32,000 bases of DNA from an uncultured archaeon (GCA_964551375.1 CAZKBG010000001.1:120001-152000), one strand, 5' to 3'. Positions 9,383 through 17,189 are shown, counted from the stretch's first letter. Notes: a model not told the origin generated them from the letters alone. Program-made: numbers and translations.

Positions 9383-11641
9383 TTACTTTTTTATTTTTAA
9401 AATTAAAATGCCTTCTTTATTGTAAGCAGTTTCATAATACTTGCTTGTCTCATCGCTGTTCATCCAAACTTTAGCAAGATTAGTGTTATTCATTGTTGTA
9501 TTAAGCACAAGAACGCTTGTTTCTGATTTATAGTAGAAGATTGGCTCTGTTCCTTTATAAAAGTCATCAGGAGTTGATTTCCATTTTGTTGCAATGCTGT
9601 TCCACTGCGCCCTGTCAATTTCATTTCCATTGCAATATACTGTTGTGTTGTTGTCAGTGCAGCTCAATATTTGAACAATTCCTTGCTGGTACTTCGCTCC
9701 AAGTTTTGAATCAATTTTATTTGCTTTGTAATATTCAAATGTAGGCCCTGAATAGAACATTGAAGAATCAAGTATCACATAATCAGCGCCGATTGTTTTT
9801 GTCGCAATATAGTGTCCTCTATTAGCATCAGTGGTAATGGCAAACTCCGCAAGCGCCTGATTAGCTTCCATTGAATAGTTTCTGTTATCTGTGGAGTATT
9901 TTCTATCCGTAAGGAATGCAAGTATGTGTCCCTGGTCCCACCAATTAAAGAATTTAGCATCAGCCGGCGTGTTAGTTACTATCCAATTCTGCGCAGCTCT
10001 CCACTGAGGGTTCTCATCAACATAAGGAACATAATCAGGGAAGAATCTTGCCGAAGCTCCCACTCCTAAAATTATTAAAACAAATAAAACTCCAATTATC
10101 ACTCTTGCCTCAATTCCTCTCTCAATTGAGAATTTCTTCAGCCCTTCAATTAAAACAAATACTCCAAGCGCAACTGCGGGAGCAATTGCAAGCCCGAAAA
10201 TGAAAGTGAATTTTAATTTATACCATGCCATGAACAAAGTGATTGCCGTCCACAAAAAGAAAATAATTGCTGGGTGCAAATCTCTTCTTTTATACAAAAT
10301 TAAGCTGATTGGGAAAATTACAAGAGCAAGCCAAGGGAATATGATTAATTCATTATACTTAGTTCCGAAGAAGTTATATCCAACACTTTCTTCTCCAACC
10401 ATTGAAGCAAGCGTAGTTCTATCAGTTAGGTCAGGCTTAGTCATGAAAAAGAAAACCATTGCAATAAATGCAACGTAAAGCCCTATAACAACAACCCAAA
10501 TAAGATATTTCTTGTTTTCAGCGCTTGTTTTTGTAATCCAAAATGCGCTGATTAAAAATACTGCAATAATTGAAATGAGAGTTGCAATTAGAATAGTTAA
10601 GGTGCTTGTTCCTATTGCTCCGCCAACAAATCCTAACGCGTCGCTAATCCAGTCTTCTCCGTATCCGTAGGAGATTAAGTGGAAAATTATCATTGAAACA
10701 AAGATTTTGATTCCAAGAGTGATAGTGTGATTATCCTTCCAGTCCTTTGGAGCATGCTCTTGCTTAGTTGCAACATACCAAAGCGCAAATATAGTGTACC
10801 CTAAAACAATTAATGGAATAAGCAGGTAAACTTTCCAAGTCATGGACATTAATCCAAAGAATAATCCGCCAAGAGCCGCGTTAATTAGCGTGCTTTTATC
10901 AATCCCGTTTTGTTTTACTGCTCTAACAAAGAAAACAAATCCTATTACCATGAATAAGAATCCAAACGCGTTATCTCCCTGCGCTCCAGCCATAGTTCTG
11001 TAAGCAAAAGCAGGAGTAACCGCTGCAACAAAAGCAGTGATTAAGCCGATTTTTCTTCTGTTGAAAACTTCTTTTCCCAAAAAGTACATTACAAGACAAA
11101 TAAGCGAGCCAAAAATTACTGGATTAAGCTGCATCCACCACATTAAGAGCTCTTTATTGAATGGCTGACCCATCGCGAGAATATTATAGCCTAAGGCGCT
11201 GACGTAGTGGTAAATTTCCCACTGCTGAGGTAGTGATCCCCCTGCTTCAAGCTGGTAATATAATTGAGGATCAGGACTAATAATATGCCCTTGGGTAATG
11301 ATTTGTTCCACAAGCCTTGCGTGATAAAATGCATCAAACTCAAACAAGTAAGTGTATCTCATTAAGTGCGCTCTGATTCCAAATGCAAGTAGGAATACTG
11401 CGATTAATAAAAAAATAATTTGTCTATTATCCCAAAGGTATTGTTTAATTCCATCAATTGAGAATCCTTCTTTACCATGGTGCGCTTTGTGCTCTCCAAA
11501 GAAATGCTTTTTATGTTTGTTTTGATTAGTGTGCTCGTGCGAAGCAGAATGCTCGTGAGCATGGTGTTCAGTAGCATGCTCCGCTGAGTGCTCGTGTGAG
11601 TGCCCTTCGTGATTATGTTCATGAGTCTCTGTTTCGCTCAA
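9383..11641 (-). CDS. aglB: archaeal oligosaccharyltransferase (STT3/AglB) with His-rich N-terminal extension
   Basis: Multi-TM N-terminal domain plus soluble C-terminal domain. First external loop reads YLFEFDAFYHARL (STT3-type acidic loop). The diagnostic WWDxG motif is present as FFNWWDQGHIL. TTG start with GGTG 8 nt upstream. Confidence 0.85.
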   Translation of the reverse strand: MSETETHEHNHEGHSHEHSAEHATEHHAHEHSASHEHTNQNKHKKHFFGEHKAHHGKEGFSIDGIKQYLWDNRQIIFLLIAVFLLAFGIRAHLMRYTYLFEFDAFYHARLVEQIITQGHIISPDPQLYYQLEAGGSLPQQWEIYHYVSALGYNILAMGQPFNKELLMWWMQLNPVIFGSLICLVMYFLGKEVFNRRKIGLITAFVAAVTPAFAYRTMAGAQGDNAFGFLFMVIGFVFFVRAVKQNGIDKSTLINAALGGLFFGLMSMTWKVYLLIPLIVLGYTIFALWYVATKQEHAPKDWKDNHTITLGIKIFVSMIIFHLISYGYGEDWISDALGFVGGAIGTSTLTILIATLISIIAVFLISAFWITKTSAENKKYLIWVVVIGLYVAFIAMVFFFMTKPDLTDRTTLASMVGEESVGYNFFGTKYNELIIFPWLALVIFPISLILYKRRDLHPAIIFFLWTAITLFMAWYKLKFTFIFGLAIAPAVALGVFVLIEGLKKFSIERGIEARVIIGVLFVLIILGVGASARFFPDYVPYVDENPQWRAAQNWIVTNTPADAKFFNWWDQGHILAFLTDRKYSTDNRNYSMEANQALAEFAITTDANRGHYIATKTIGADYVILDSSMFYSGPTFEYYKANKIDSKLGAKYQQGIVQILSCTDNNTTVYCNGNEIDRAQWNSIATKWKSTPDDFYKGTEPIFYYKSETSVLVLNTTMNNTNLAKVWMNSDETSKYYETAYNKEGILILKIKK

Positions 11642-11857
11642 ATTATCAACACCGGTTAGTCTCTAATAAACAGAAAGCATTACTTTAAAAACAAAACTAA
11701 AAGCTTTCATCTGCAAAACTTTACCAATTGTTTTTTATTAAGTTAATGCCCAAAAGTCTGGTAAAGCAAAATTAGAAATATTTGCTGTTTTTTATTTAGT
11801 TATAGAAGTTTTATTTTAAGTTTTAGTAAGTTTTGATTTAGTTTAGGGGTTATTTGA

Positions 11858-12694
11858 ATGGCTTTTAAGAAATTATTATTTGGCACAGCAGGAATTCCTC
11901 TTTCCACTCCAAATCCTTCCACAGTTGAGGGAATAAAATTTGTTAAAGAGCTTGGACTTGGCGGAATGGAGCTTGAATTTGTTCACTCGGTAAATGTTTC
12001 AGAAGAAAAAGCTCCTCTTGTAAAAAAAACAATGGTTGAAAATGAAATCAATCTAACCTGCCACGGCTCGTATTACATAAATCTTAACGCAGTTGAGAAA
12101 GAAAAGCAGGAAGCATCAGTTGGAAGAGTACTAAGCGCAGCAAGAAGAGCAGATGACTGCGGAGCATTTTCAATGACATTTCACCCAGCGTTTTACTTAA
12201 AAGATTCTCCAGCGCTTACTATGAAAAATGTGCTAATTCAAATGAAAAAAATTACTTCAGAGCTTAAATCTGAAGGACGAAAAATAAGCGTTCGTCCAGA
12301 AACAACAGGAAAAGGAACTCAGTTTGGCTCGCTTGATGAACTAATTGAACTAAGCTCACAGCTTGATAATGTATTTCCCTGTATTGATTTTTCCCATCTT
12401 CACGCAAGAAGCGGGGGAAAAATGAATTCATATGCTGAATTTATGGACGCGCTTGAGAAGAGCGAGAAAGTTCTTGGAAAAGAATACTTAAAGAACTTGC
12501 ACTGCCATGTTTCAGGAATTGCTTATTCTGAAAAAGGGGAAAAGCACCATTTGATTTTAAAAGAATCCGACTTTAAATACGCTGAACTTTTAAAAGCGCT
12601 AAAGGATATGAACTGCGCAGGGCTTATAATTTGCGAATCGCCAAATATTGAATCAGATGCTCTATTACTTAAGAAAACTTTTGATGATTTGTAG
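11858..12694 (+). CDS. endonuclease IV-family (AP_endonuc_2 / xylose-isomerase-like TIM barrel) protein
   Basis: Metal-ligand-like pattern LTCHGSYYINL, MTFHPAFY, VRPETTGK, CIDFSHLHA, LHCHVSG, IICESP, spaced as in Endo IV-type barrels. Confidence 0.7.
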   Translation: MAFKKLLFGTAGIPLSTPNPSTVEGIKFVKELGLGGMELEFVHSVNVSEEKAPLVKKTMVENEINLTCHGSYYINLNAVEKEKQEASVGRVLSAARRADDCGAFSMTFHPAFYLKDSPALTMKNVLIQMKKITSELKSEGRKISVRPETTGKGTQFGSLDELIELSSQLDNVFPCIDFSHLHARSGGKMNSYAEFMDALEKSEKVLGKEYLKNLHCHVSGIAYSEKGEKHHLILKESDFKYAELLKALKDMNCAGLIICESPNIESDALLLKKTFDDL

Positions 12695-12801
12695 GGGTAT
12701 TTTGTGATAATTAATATTGTACTGCAAGTTAGTACTTGTATTAGAAAAAGATAATTGGTGCTTGCGGCGTTTATTGCGCACAAGCATCTATTAATAAAAA
12801 A

Positions 12802-13023
12802 TTATTTTGTCTGTTCAACTTTGATGCACTTAACAGGGCACGCATTTGCTGCGTCCTTACTGCATCCAGCGTCCTTAACTACTTTAGCAAATAGTTTTCC
12901 TTCTTTTTTAGCTCCGATTAGAACGGCTTTGTCGCCTTCCATTTTCCAGTCGCTTGGGCAAATAGCCGCGCATGCTCCGCAACCAATGCATATATCGTGA
13001 TCCTGACTTACTTTAAATGGCAT
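12802..13023 (-). CDS. small monocluster [4Fe-4S] ferredoxin (Pyrococcus-type)
   Basis: MPFKVSQDHDICIGCGACAAICP...ACPVKCIKV gives CxxCxxC...CP ligands plus two extra Cys, as in Pyrococcus Fd. ATG 13023 is preceded by GAGGTGGA. ORF-track start 13104 was trimmed. Confidence 0.8.
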   Translation of the reverse strand: MPFKVSQDHDICIGCGACAAICPSDWKMEGDKAVLIGAKKEGKLFAKVVKDAGCSKDAANACPVKCIKVEQTK

Positions 13024-13060
13024 TAAATCCACCTCGATAGTGAGAAGATGATTTATTGAA

Positions 13061-13068
13061 TTTATAAA
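13061..13068 (-). promoter_or_regulatory. TATA box of ferredoxin gene
   Basis: TTTATAAA lies 41 nt upstream of ATG 13023, leaving room for a ~17-nt leader carrying GAGGTGGA. Confidence 0.5.
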
Positions 13069-13209
13069 ACTTTGGAAAGCGTGGGAAAAGTAAAAATATG
13101 CCAAAAAATTAATTGTATTTAGTTTTTGACTTAATTAAGCAGCAAAAATCAGTAAGTAATAATTTTTGAAGTTGAATATTTTTGGAGACAACTCAAAATA
13201 AGTATTATG

Positions 13210-13328
13210 TGAAGACAGCGTTCGGCAAGCTCCACACGTAGTGCAGTGCTAACACCAATCCCTGCGATTCTTAACTTCCGGGTTCGGAATGGGTCCGGGT
13301 GTTTCTCTCGCGGTTTGGCCGTCTTCAT
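13210..13328 (-). rRNA. 5S ribosomal RNA
   Basis: The reverse complement reads GAAGACGGCCAAACCGCGAGAGAAACACCCGGACCCATTCCGAACCCGGAAGTTAAGAATCGCAGGG...GCTGTCTTC. It contains the universal CCGAACCCGGAAGTTAAG core. The terminal helix is GAAGAC/GTCTTC. A TATA box lies ~25 nt upstream and TTATTTT follows downstream (13195-13201). Ends are accurate to about 3 nt. Confidence 0.9.
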
Positions 13329-13344
13329 ACATATTGCTTCCTAG

Positions 13345-13357
13345 AAGGTTTATAAAG
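13345..13357 (-). promoter_or_regulatory. promoter of 5S rRNA gene (TATA box TTTATAAA within CTTTATAAACCTT)
   Basis: TATA centre is ~25-27 nt upstream of the 5S 5' end, the canonical archaeal spacing. Confidence 0.8.
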
Positions 13358-13384
13358 GTTGCTTTAAGGCGTCAAAATTAGATA

Positions 13385-13405
13385 TTGCCCAGACTAGCTG
13401 GGCAA
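13385..13405 (-). terminator. hairpin downstream of tbp
   Basis: Perfect 8-bp stem TTGCCCAG/CTGGGCAA with a 5-nt loop, 24 nt after the tbp stop, followed on the minus strand by TATCTAATTTTG. Confidence 0.5.
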
Positions 13406-13428
13406 CTATTTGATTAAACTAAAACTGA

Positions 13429-13992
13429 TTAATCTGTGTTTTTGTTCTTCTTCTTTCCTCTTTTGGCAACCATCTGTTCAACAAGCTTTAATCCCTGTTT
13501 TAGGTGAGCTTCTTTTTTAGCTCCTGCGCAAATCATTTTGCCATTCTTGAACAATAAGAAAGTCAGTTTTGGCTCATCCATTCTAAGAATTGCTCCTGGG
13601 AATTGTTCTGGTTCATATTCAACATTATCAAGATTCATTGCTACATCAAACAAATCAAGGTTAATATCAAGCGAAGCTGTGGCAACGAAATTAACAATCT
13701 CAAATTCTACATTTCTCTTAATCTTAACTTCTTTTTGAACATCGTGAATCATTTTGTTTGCTTTTCTGATTCCCTGCTCAATCTGCTCTTCGCTGTTTGC
13801 TCCGGAACAGATAACTTTTCCGTTTTTGAATAATAACATTGAAACCTTTGGTTCTTTAATTTTTAGAATTGCTCCTGGGAATTGTTCAGGTTCATACTCA
13901 ATATTTGGTATGCCCACCGCCAGTGAATATAAGTCAAGATTTTGATCTAAAGAAGCCGCTGCAACCATGTTTACGATTGTATATTTCATCAT
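13429..13992 (-). CDS. tbp: TATA-box binding protein
   Basis: Two tandem TBP repeats: IVNMVAAASL..NIEYEPEQFPGAILKIKEPKVSMLLFKNGKVICSGA and IVNFVATASL..NVEYEPEQFPGAILRMDEPKLTFLLFKNGKMICAGA. ATG 13992 is preceded by GGGGTG; ORF-track start 14010 is a TTG. Confidence 0.92.
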   Translation of the reverse strand: MMKYTIVNMVAAASLDQNLDLYSLAVGIPNIEYEPEQFPGAILKIKEPKVSMLLFKNGKVICSGANSEEQIEQGIRKANKMIHDVQKEVKIKRNVEFEIVNFVATASLDINLDLFDVAMNLDNVEYEPEQFPGAILRMDEPKLTFLLFKNGKMICAGAKKEAHLKQGLKLVEQMVAKRGKKKNKNTD

Positions 13993-14054
13993 TAACACCC
14001 CGATGCCCAAAATGCCGTTTAAAAAGGCAAATTTCTATTAAATTATAATTAGTA

Positions 14055-14067
14055 AAGGTTTATAAAG
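14055..14067 (-). promoter_or_regulatory. promoter upstream of tbp (same 13-mer CTTTATAAACCTT); may also serve the divergent membrane operon
   Basis: Identical 13-mer to the 5S promoter, oriented toward tbp, ~70 nt upstream of the tbp ATG. Confidence 0.6.
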
Positions 14068-14212
14068 GGGGTTTTTAAAGTATAAAAACTCTGTCCAAAA
14101 AATGGGGTTTTAGGATAAATTGGTTAATTTTGGAGATTTTGGCTAAATTATAGGCTATTTTATGCCTAAAAATATCGATTAGTTATTATATTTGGGATTT
14201 GTAGTACAATGG

Positions 14213-15286
14213 ATGCAAAAGCAAGTTCAAAAAGCGGTTTTGAGTTTTTCATTAATGGCAAAGAATGTGTTCGCTCTTGGCACAGGGCACTTCTTGACTG
14301 ATTTCATCTGCGCAGGAATTGTATTTACCGCTTACAAAACAACAAGCATTGCAGAAATAGCTGTTTTGATTCTGCTTTACAATATTTTTGCATTTGGACT
14401 CCAGCTGCCAATTGGGGTTTTGAGTGATTTTATAAAAAAGCCAAAAGAAATTGCTCTTTTAGGATTAGTTCTTTTAGTAATTTCAGTTTTGCTTCTTCCA
14501 TTCAGCCCTGCAGCTGCTATAATTCTATCAGCAATTGCAAACGCTATGTATCATATAGGCTCAGGAACAATTTCGCTTAACATTACTCCAAAAAAGGCAG
14601 CAGCTCCAGGGTTAGTAGTTGCTCCTGGCGCGATTGGATTATTCAGCGGAACGCTGATTGGAAAAGCAGGAATGTTTAATCCAATTATTATTGTGCCAGT
14701 AGTTATTGCACTTCTTTTGATTTGGAAAATTAAAATTCCAAAAATTGATTACTTTGCTGTTGTTCAAAAGAATATTCAAAAAAGCAATTTATTTATTGCA
14801 ATAATTTTGCTTGCATTAGTTTCAGTAGGCGCAAGGGCATTTGTTGGATTTAGCGTAGTATTTCCTTGGAAAACGGATATGCTTCTTTTAGTTGCGCTTG
14901 TCATGGGGGTATTTTTAGGAAAAGCTCTTGGAGGAGTGCTTGCTGATAAATTTGGCTGGATTAAAATAGGAGTGGGAGCATTAGTTCTTTCAATTCCTTT
15001 AATTTATTTAGGATACCAAATTCCAATTATTGGGATAATTGGTTTTTTCTTGTTTAATTTTACAATGCCAATAACTTTAGTATTAATTTCAAACTCAATG
15101 CCTGGAAAACCCGGCACTGCATTTGGACTCACCTGCCTTGCGTTGTTATTTGGCAGTTTGCCATTTTTTACCGAAGCAAAATCAATAATTGAAAACAATG
15201 TTTGGCTGTATTTGGTAATTGCAGTTTCAATCGCGAGTTTACTCGCAGGATTGATAATTTATTATAAAAAAGGAATGAATAAATAG
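14213..15286 (+). CDS. polytopic membrane protein, possibly MFS-like transporter
   Basis: About 10 hydrophobic helices in two similar halves. Each half has an MFS motif-A-like loop (GVLSDFIKKPKEIALLG and GGVLADKFGWIKIGVGA). Start is uncertain (TTG 14192, ATG 14213 or ATG 14255). Confidence 0.55.
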   Translation: MQKQVQKAVLSFSLMAKNVFALGTGHFLTDFICAGIVFTAYKTTSIAEIAVLILLYNIFAFGLQLPIGVLSDFIKKPKEIALLGLVLLVISVLLLPFSPAAAIILSAIANAMYHIGSGTISLNITPKKAAAPGLVVAPGAIGLFSGTLIGKAGMFNPIIIVPVVIALLLIWKIKIPKIDYFAVVQKNIQKSNLFIAIILLALVSVGARAFVGFSVVFPWKTDMLLLVALVMGVFLGKALGGVLADKFGWIKIGVGALVLSIPLIYLGYQIPIIGIIGFFLFNFTMPITLVLISNSMPGKPGTAFGLTCLALLFGSLPFFTEAKSIIENNVWLYLVIAVSIASLLAGLIIYYKKGMNK

Positions 15287-15313
15287 TTCAAAATCATGGT
15301 TTAGTGAATAAAG

Positions 15314-15637
15314 ATGAAAAAATTATTTGCATTAGCAGTTCTGTTCGTGCTTATTTTCGTATTTGTATTTCCTTTTGCGCTTTCTGATGTAATTAAGGAG
15401 CCAAGCGATGCTCCTGTGCAGCCCGTTCTGGAAAAGGATGTTTCTTATGACATTAATTATTCAGACCCTGCATATGTTGCCGCGCAAGAAGCAGCATACT
15501 TGAATGAAAAAGAGCTTCAAAAAGCTGCTGAAGAGAAGGCGTTTCTAATTGGCGGTATTTCTGCAATAATATTCCTTGGAGCGGGGCTTTTCATTATTTC
15601 TCATTTGCATAAAGAAAATGAGGCGAGAAAAAAATGA
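15314..15637 (+). CDS. small bitopic membrane/secreted protein (hypothetical)
   Basis: N-terminal signal/anchor MKKLFALAVLFVLIFVFVFPFALS, acidic middle, C-terminal TM helix LIGGISAIIFLGAGLFII followed by basic residues. Stop overlaps the next start (ATGA). Confidence 0.5.
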   Translation: MKKLFALAVLFVLIFVFVFPFALSDVIKEPSDAPVQPVLEKDVSYDINYSDPAYVAAQEAAYLNEKELQKAAEEKAFLIGGISAIIFLGAGLFIISHLHKENEARKK

Positions 15638-16113
15638 ACTTAAAATCAAATTTAAAAAAATCAGGAGTTTTTGGATTTTTTTTTGTTTTGTTTTCTTTTG
15701 TTTTCTCAAATCCTATTGCTGTTGATGAAGTATTTCCACAACTTTACCTGCTTCCTTTGGACTATTATCTTGTCCCTATGCATATAGCGCTAAGCCTCAC
15801 GCTTGTTATTGAGCTCATTACTGGATTTGTTTTAGGTCTTAGAAAGAGAAATGACTTAATTGCAATAGTTGGCGTTAATTTAGCAACTAATCCTATTCTG
15901 AATTTTACAGTTATTGCAACCGGCTCTATTTTTTGGGTCATTGATCTAAGCGGTTATTATGATTGGTTTATCATATTGCTTGAAATAATTGTTATTGTTG
16001 TTGAAGCAGCTCTGCTTTGGTTTGCTCTAAAAAAACCTCTGTGGAAAATGATTATATTTTCTTTTGTAATGAATGCGGTTTCTTTTATTATTGGGCTAAT
16101 CCTGTTTGCATAG
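15634..16113 (+). CDS. integral membrane protein, 4-5 TM (hypothetical)
   Basis: Long ORF with consistent hydrophobic periodicity, translationally coupled (ATGA) to the upstream gene. I recognise no family. Confidence 0.5.
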   Translation: MNLKSNLKKSGVFGFFFVLFSFVFSNPIAVDEVFPQLYLLPLDYYLVPMHIALSLTLVIELITGFVLGLRKRNDLIAIVGVNLATNPILNFTVIATGSIFWVIDLSGYYDWFIILLEIIVIVVEAALLWFALKKPLWKMIIFSFVMNAVSFIIGLILFA

Positions 16114-16132
16114 AAAGTTTTCAAAGGCAAGT

Positions 16133-16744
16133 TTATTTCTTTCCATGTTTTCGCAGCCGCTGTTTTTTTAAAAACTTTTTGAACAAAGCGTGCTCATCTT
16201 CTATAAATCCGGGGTCGTAAGGGTCTTTATGGCGGATTTTTTGAAGCTGTGCTCTTCTTGATTTAGTTATTACTGCTGTGGAGTAGTGAAGCTCAGCTTT
16301 AGGAAATCTTTTCTTTAAATATTTTAAAATATTTGACTCAATTAAACTGCTTATTCCTTTTCCTTTAAGAATTTCGGCAAAAGTTAAATCTTCAAGACCG
16401 TGGTAAGAATTTAGAACACTGCTTAATGAATGCCCAAACGGATTGAACGCGCTGTATTTGATTATGCTTCCGTTGGTTGCTCCTGACACTCTTCCTATGG
16501 GAACTCTTGTTTTTACGCCGCTTCCAATAACATCTCTAATTATTCTCCCAGGCTCGCTTCCGGATAAAAATTCCCTAAATTCAGGCGAAGTTGCAACCAT
16601 TGAATTTGGCTTTATTCTTGATTTTTTGGTAATTCCAACATCGAACGCAAAATAGCTCCCAGTTTTGTCCAAAAAATGGGGGGTTATTTCAATGCAGTAA
16701 AAGTCGCTAACTGCTGCTTTTGAGGAATTATTTGCGCTTGGCAT
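16133..16744 (-). CDS. hypothetical protein with very basic C-terminus; weak GNAT-like motif
   Basis: 203-aa ORF with no competing ORF. FAEILKGKGISSLIESNILKYLKK resembles the GNAT acetyl-CoA motif A (R/Q-x-x-G-x-G/A), by eye only. Tail is KKFLKKQRLRKHGKK. Confidence 0.5.
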   Translation of the reverse strand: MPSANNSSKAAVSDFYCIEITPHFLDKTGSYFAFDVGITKKSRIKPNSMVATSPEFREFLSGSEPGRIIRDVIGSGVKTRVPIGRVSGATNGSIIKYSAFNPFGHSLSSVLNSYHGLEDLTFAEILKGKGISSLIESNILKYLKKRFPKAELHYSTAVITKSRRAQLQKIRHKDPYDPGFIEDEHALFKKFLKKQRLRKHGKK

Positions 16745-16895
16745 ATCAATGTTTAGCCTTGTTAGGATAAAATCCTTTCCCCTTGCCTTTTCTCTTTTTA
16801 GCCATTTTTAGGAGGCGCTTATGAGTTGCTTTTTAAAGCTTTCTCTATCAAACTTTATTATTCAATTTAGTAAAATACAAAAAAAGGTGTAATAA

Positions 16896-17189
16896 ATGGT
16901 TGCAGGACACGCAAGAAAGCCGGGAAAAAGAGGAAAAACAAGAAGCAAGTTCAAAAAACACGGACCTAAAGTTAGTGTTAATGACATTATGAGAGAATTC
17001 GCAAAAGGCGACAAGGTTCAGATTGTTGTTGATTCAAGCTACCATAGCGGTTTGCCTGACAAGAGCTTCCACGGACTCACAGGAATTGTTGAGAAGAAAA
17101 GAGGGGAAGGCTACGAAATTGCTGTAATGAAGGGAGACCAGCCTTTGACAGTAGTAACAACTTCAGTTCACATGAAGAAGCTTGCATAA
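16896..17189 (+). CDS. rpl21e: ribosomal protein eL21 (L21e)
   Basis: GHARKPGKRGKTRSKF...FAKGDKVQIVVDSSYHSGLPDKSFHGLTGIV is typical L21e. AAGGTG lies upstream of the ATG. Confidence 0.9.
   Translation: MVAGHARKPGKRGKTRSKFKKHGPKVSVNDIMREFAKGDKVQIVVDSSYHSGLPDKSFHGLTGIVEKKRGEGYEIAVMKGDQPLTVVTTSVHMKKLA

Noticed and set aside
12523-13000. ORFs 12523..12783 (-) and 12755..13000 (+)
   Set aside because: The first overlaps the 3' end of the Endo IV-like gene and the terminator region. The second is antisense to the ferredoxin gene. Neither has an SD or promoter context or any recognisable motif.
14092-16681. Identical 16-mer TGTCCAAAAAATGGGG at 14092-14107 (intergenic) and 16666-16681 (inside the 203-aa ORF)
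   Set aside because: A single 16-nt match dominated by an A-run is within chance expectation for an AT-rich 32-kb window. The flanks do not align.
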